In this document: piece by piece, positions 46,755 to 48,818 of the stretch | Position numbering within the stretch: position 1 is the first letter of the stretch | Layout of the letters: each line of letters begins with the position of its first letter | DNA from: a virus | Strand: one strand, 5' to 3' | DNA: 48,818 nucleotides | UHGV virus genome: UHGV-1992300 | Notes under the pieces: generated by a model | The model's input: only the letters and a program-made list of their open reading frames with translations | Told to the model about the DNA's origin: nothing | Databases searched by the model: none | Made by a program: the position numbers and the translations under genes

Positions 46755-48818
46755 ATGGCAGCAGTAAAAATCTCAGGTGTGCTGAAAGATGGTGCGGGAA
46801 AACCAATACAGAACTGCACTATTCAACTGAAGGCAAAGCGTAACAGCACCACGGTACTGGTGAACACGGTGGCCTCTGAAAATCCGGATGAAGCCGGGCG
46901 TTACAGCATGGATGTTGAGTATGGCCAGTACAGCGTCACCCTGCTGGTTGAAGGTTTTCCGCCTTCACATGCCGGAACCATTACCGTCTATGAAGGTTCC
47001 AGACCAGGTACGCTGAATGATTTTCTCGGTGCCATGACGGAAGATGATGTCATGCCGGAGGCATTGCGTCGTTTTGAGGCAATGGTGGAAGAAGCGGCAC
47101 GCAACGCTGAAGCCGCCTTTCAGAGCGCAGCGGCGGCAAAGAAATCCGAAACTGCAGCGGCATCATCGAAGAACGCGGCGAAAACCTCAGAAACGAATGC
47201 AGCTAACAGCGCACAGGCGGCAGCGTCCTCGCAGACTGCATCGGCAAACTCCGCGACAGCAGCCAAAAAATCAGAAACCAACGCGAAAAACAGCGAGACA
47301 GCCGCAAAGACGAGCGAAACCAACGCAAAGTCCAGCCAGACGGCAGCGAAAACCAGCGAAACGAATGCCAAAGCCAGTGAAACTGCGGCGAAAAATAGCC
47401 AGAATGCAGCAGCCGAAAGCGAGAGCGCGGCAGCCGGTTCTGCGACTGCAGCAGCTGGATCAGCAACTGCTGCGGCTAACAGCCAGAAAGCAGCGAAGAC
47501 GAGCGAAACTAACGCAAAGTCCAGCCAGACGGCAGCGAAGACCAGCGAAACNNNNNNNNNNNNNNNNNNNNNNNNNNNNNNNNNNNNNNNNNNNNNNNNN
47601 NNNNNAGCAGCCGAAAGCGAGAGTGCTGCAGCTGGTTCTGCAAGTGCGGCGGCTGCTTCTGCCACTGCATCAGCAAACAGTCAAAAAGCTGCAAAAACCA
47701 GTGAAACCAATGCAAAGACAAGCGAGACTGCAGCGGCGAACTCGGCGCAAGCATCGGCAGCAAGCCAGACAGCAGCTAAAGCAAGTGAGGATGCAGCCAG
47801 AGAGTATGCAAGCCAGGCAGCAGAGCCGTATAAATATGTCTTACAGCCACTGCCTGATGTGTGGATACCGTTTAACGATTCACTGGATATGCTTGCTGGC
47901 TTTTCGCCTGGTTATAAGCAAATAACCGTAGGTGATGATGTTATTAAAATGCCATCCGATAAGGTTGTTAGCTTCAAACGCGCATCAGGTGCAACATACA
48001 TTAATAAATCAGGTGTATTAACCGTTGCTGAAGTTGACGAACCGCGATTTGAACGAGAAGGTTTGCTGATTGAAGGACAGAGAACAAACTATTTCAGAAA
48101 TTCAAATACACCAGAAGCATGGAATAACACGGGTAGTGTGTCTGTTGAGTCGTTCGACAGTGATAAGGGGTTTAACTATGGAAGGATAACTGTTATTAAT
48201 GAAAATCCGACAGCACAAGGATATCAGGCAATTGCTGTAAACACGAATGATGCTTACACCTGCCCGGCAGGTTCTTATACGACGATATCGTGTCTGACGA
48301 AAAGTGATAATTCCCGGTGTCGTGCAAGGTTCGGAAAAATGTCTGATAATGGTGCGTTTGTTTTTCATTCAGATGCAGTTCTGGATCCTGTTACGGGAAA
48401 TGTTGTTCATGGAAATAATGTGACGGTGACGGCAGAAAGAGTCGGTGAATGGTGGTTGTTTACCGCCACTCTTTTTGCAGATGCGGAAATGATAATCAGC
48501 TCAAGATTTGAAATCCTGGCGATGCCTGGAATCAGTATTATCCCCAATGGCTCTACGTTAGATATTGCGATGCCTCAGGCGGAGATTGGGTCGTACAGGA
48601 CGTCATTTATCATTACTGAAGGGGCTCCTGGCACTCGCTCCAGCGACATGGTGACAATACCTGTAAGAAACAATATTCACCGATTACCATTCAGTGCTCT
48701 TGTTGAAGTTAATAAAAACTGGGATATCCCTCCCAGCAAATCACCATTAATCTTTAATGTTAAAGATTATCAGGAAAATGGTCTGTTCACGCATGGGGTG
48801 ATGCTGCCAACTTACTGA
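46755..48818 (+). CDS. stf: side tail fibre protein (Stf-like), gap-interrupted repeat region
   Basis: N-terminus 'MAAVKISGVLKDGAGKPIQNCTIQLKAKRNSTTV' matches lambda Stf; central AAKTSETNA-type tandem repeats contain the 54-N run; divergent C-terminal domain. Confidence 0.8.
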   Translation: MAAVKISGVLKDGAGKPIQNCTIQLKAKRNSTTVLVNTVASENPDEAGRYSMDVEYGQYSVTLLVEGFPPSHAGTITVYEGSRPGTLNDFLGAMTEDDVMPEALRRFEAMVEEAARNAEAAFQSAAAAKKSETAAASSKNAAKTSETNAANSAQAAASSQTASANSATAAKKSETNAKNSETAAKTSETNAKSSQTAAKTSETNAKASETAAKNSQNAAAESESAAAGSATAAAGSATAAANSQKAAKTSETNAKSSQTAAKTSEXXXXXXXXXXXXXXXXXXXAAESESAAAGSASAAAASATASANSQKAAKTSETNAKTSETAAANSAQASAASQTAAKASEDAAREYASQAAEPYKYVLQPLPDVWIPFNDSLDMLAGFSPGYKQITVGDDVIKMPSDKVVSFKRASGATYINKSGVLTVAEVDEPRFEREGLLIEGQRTNYFRNSNTPEAWNNTGSVSVESFDSDKGFNYGRITVINENPTAQGYQAIAVNTNDAYTCPAGSYTTISCLTKSDNSRCRARFGKMSDNGAFVFHSDAVLDPVTGNVVHGNNVTVTAERVGEWWLFTATLFADAEMIISSRFEILAMPGISIIPNGSTLDIAMPQAEIGSYRTSFIITEGAPGTRSSDMVTIPVRNNIHRLPFSALVEVNKNWDIPPSKSPLIFNVKDYQENGLFTHGVMLPTY

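Noticed and set aside
47120-47665. 181-aa Ala-rich antisense ORF spanning the N-run
   Set aside because: Antisense to the tail-fibre repeat region; produced by low-complexity repeats and the gap.
47044-47925. 293-aa Arg/Gln/Lys-rich ORF on the plus strand
   Set aside because: Alternate-frame reading of the low-complexity Ala/Ser/Thr repeat region of the side tail fibre gene; spans the N-run; no start context.

Overview
The window is almost entirely one mosaic lambdoid prophage of an enterobacterial (E. coli-like) host, read left to right in standard prophage order. All protein similarities below are from memory and reading the translations; no database search was run. (1) Left arm, minus strand: excisionase-like gene, a large exonuclease, then a Qin/dic-type early-left operon with YdfD-like and DicB-like ORFs and a DicF-like sRNA, driven from a PL-like promoter with palindromic operators. 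(2) Immunity region: CI/DicA-like repressor divergent from a Cro/YdaS-like gene and a YdaT-like gene. (3) Replication: O-like initiator with an internal array of seven 15-bp iterons, plus a DnaC-like loader. (4) A nin-like run of small, translationally coupled ORFs, a DUF968/YdfU-like gene, RusA, and a Q-position zinc-finger protein followed by a PR'/tR'-like promoter and terminator. (5) An Stx-phage-like late leader: DNA methyltransferase, three tRNAs (anticodons CAT, TCG, TCT) and a NanS-p-like esterase, but no stx genes. (6) Lysis cassette: phage-21-type pinholin, SAR endolysin, Rz/Rz1. (7) A cos site whose cosN is identical to lambda's, then lambda-like terminase, head and tail genes through J, lom and a side tail fibre. 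Four N-runs (3592-3611, 11851-11877, 16499-16510, 47552-47605) are assembly or masking gaps. Candidate cargo not explained by the phage backbone, in order of interest: a terminator-bracketed two-gene cassette (unknown 216-aa protein plus XRE-HTH/ImmA-IrrE metallopeptidase fusion, 12178-13912); an unknown 297-aa gene wedged between holin and endolysin; an AT-rich reverse-oriented ORF at the position where stx sits in Stx phages; a TonB C-terminal-domain lipoprotein after the lysis genes; and a structured insert with a bidirectional terminator between tail genes I and J.
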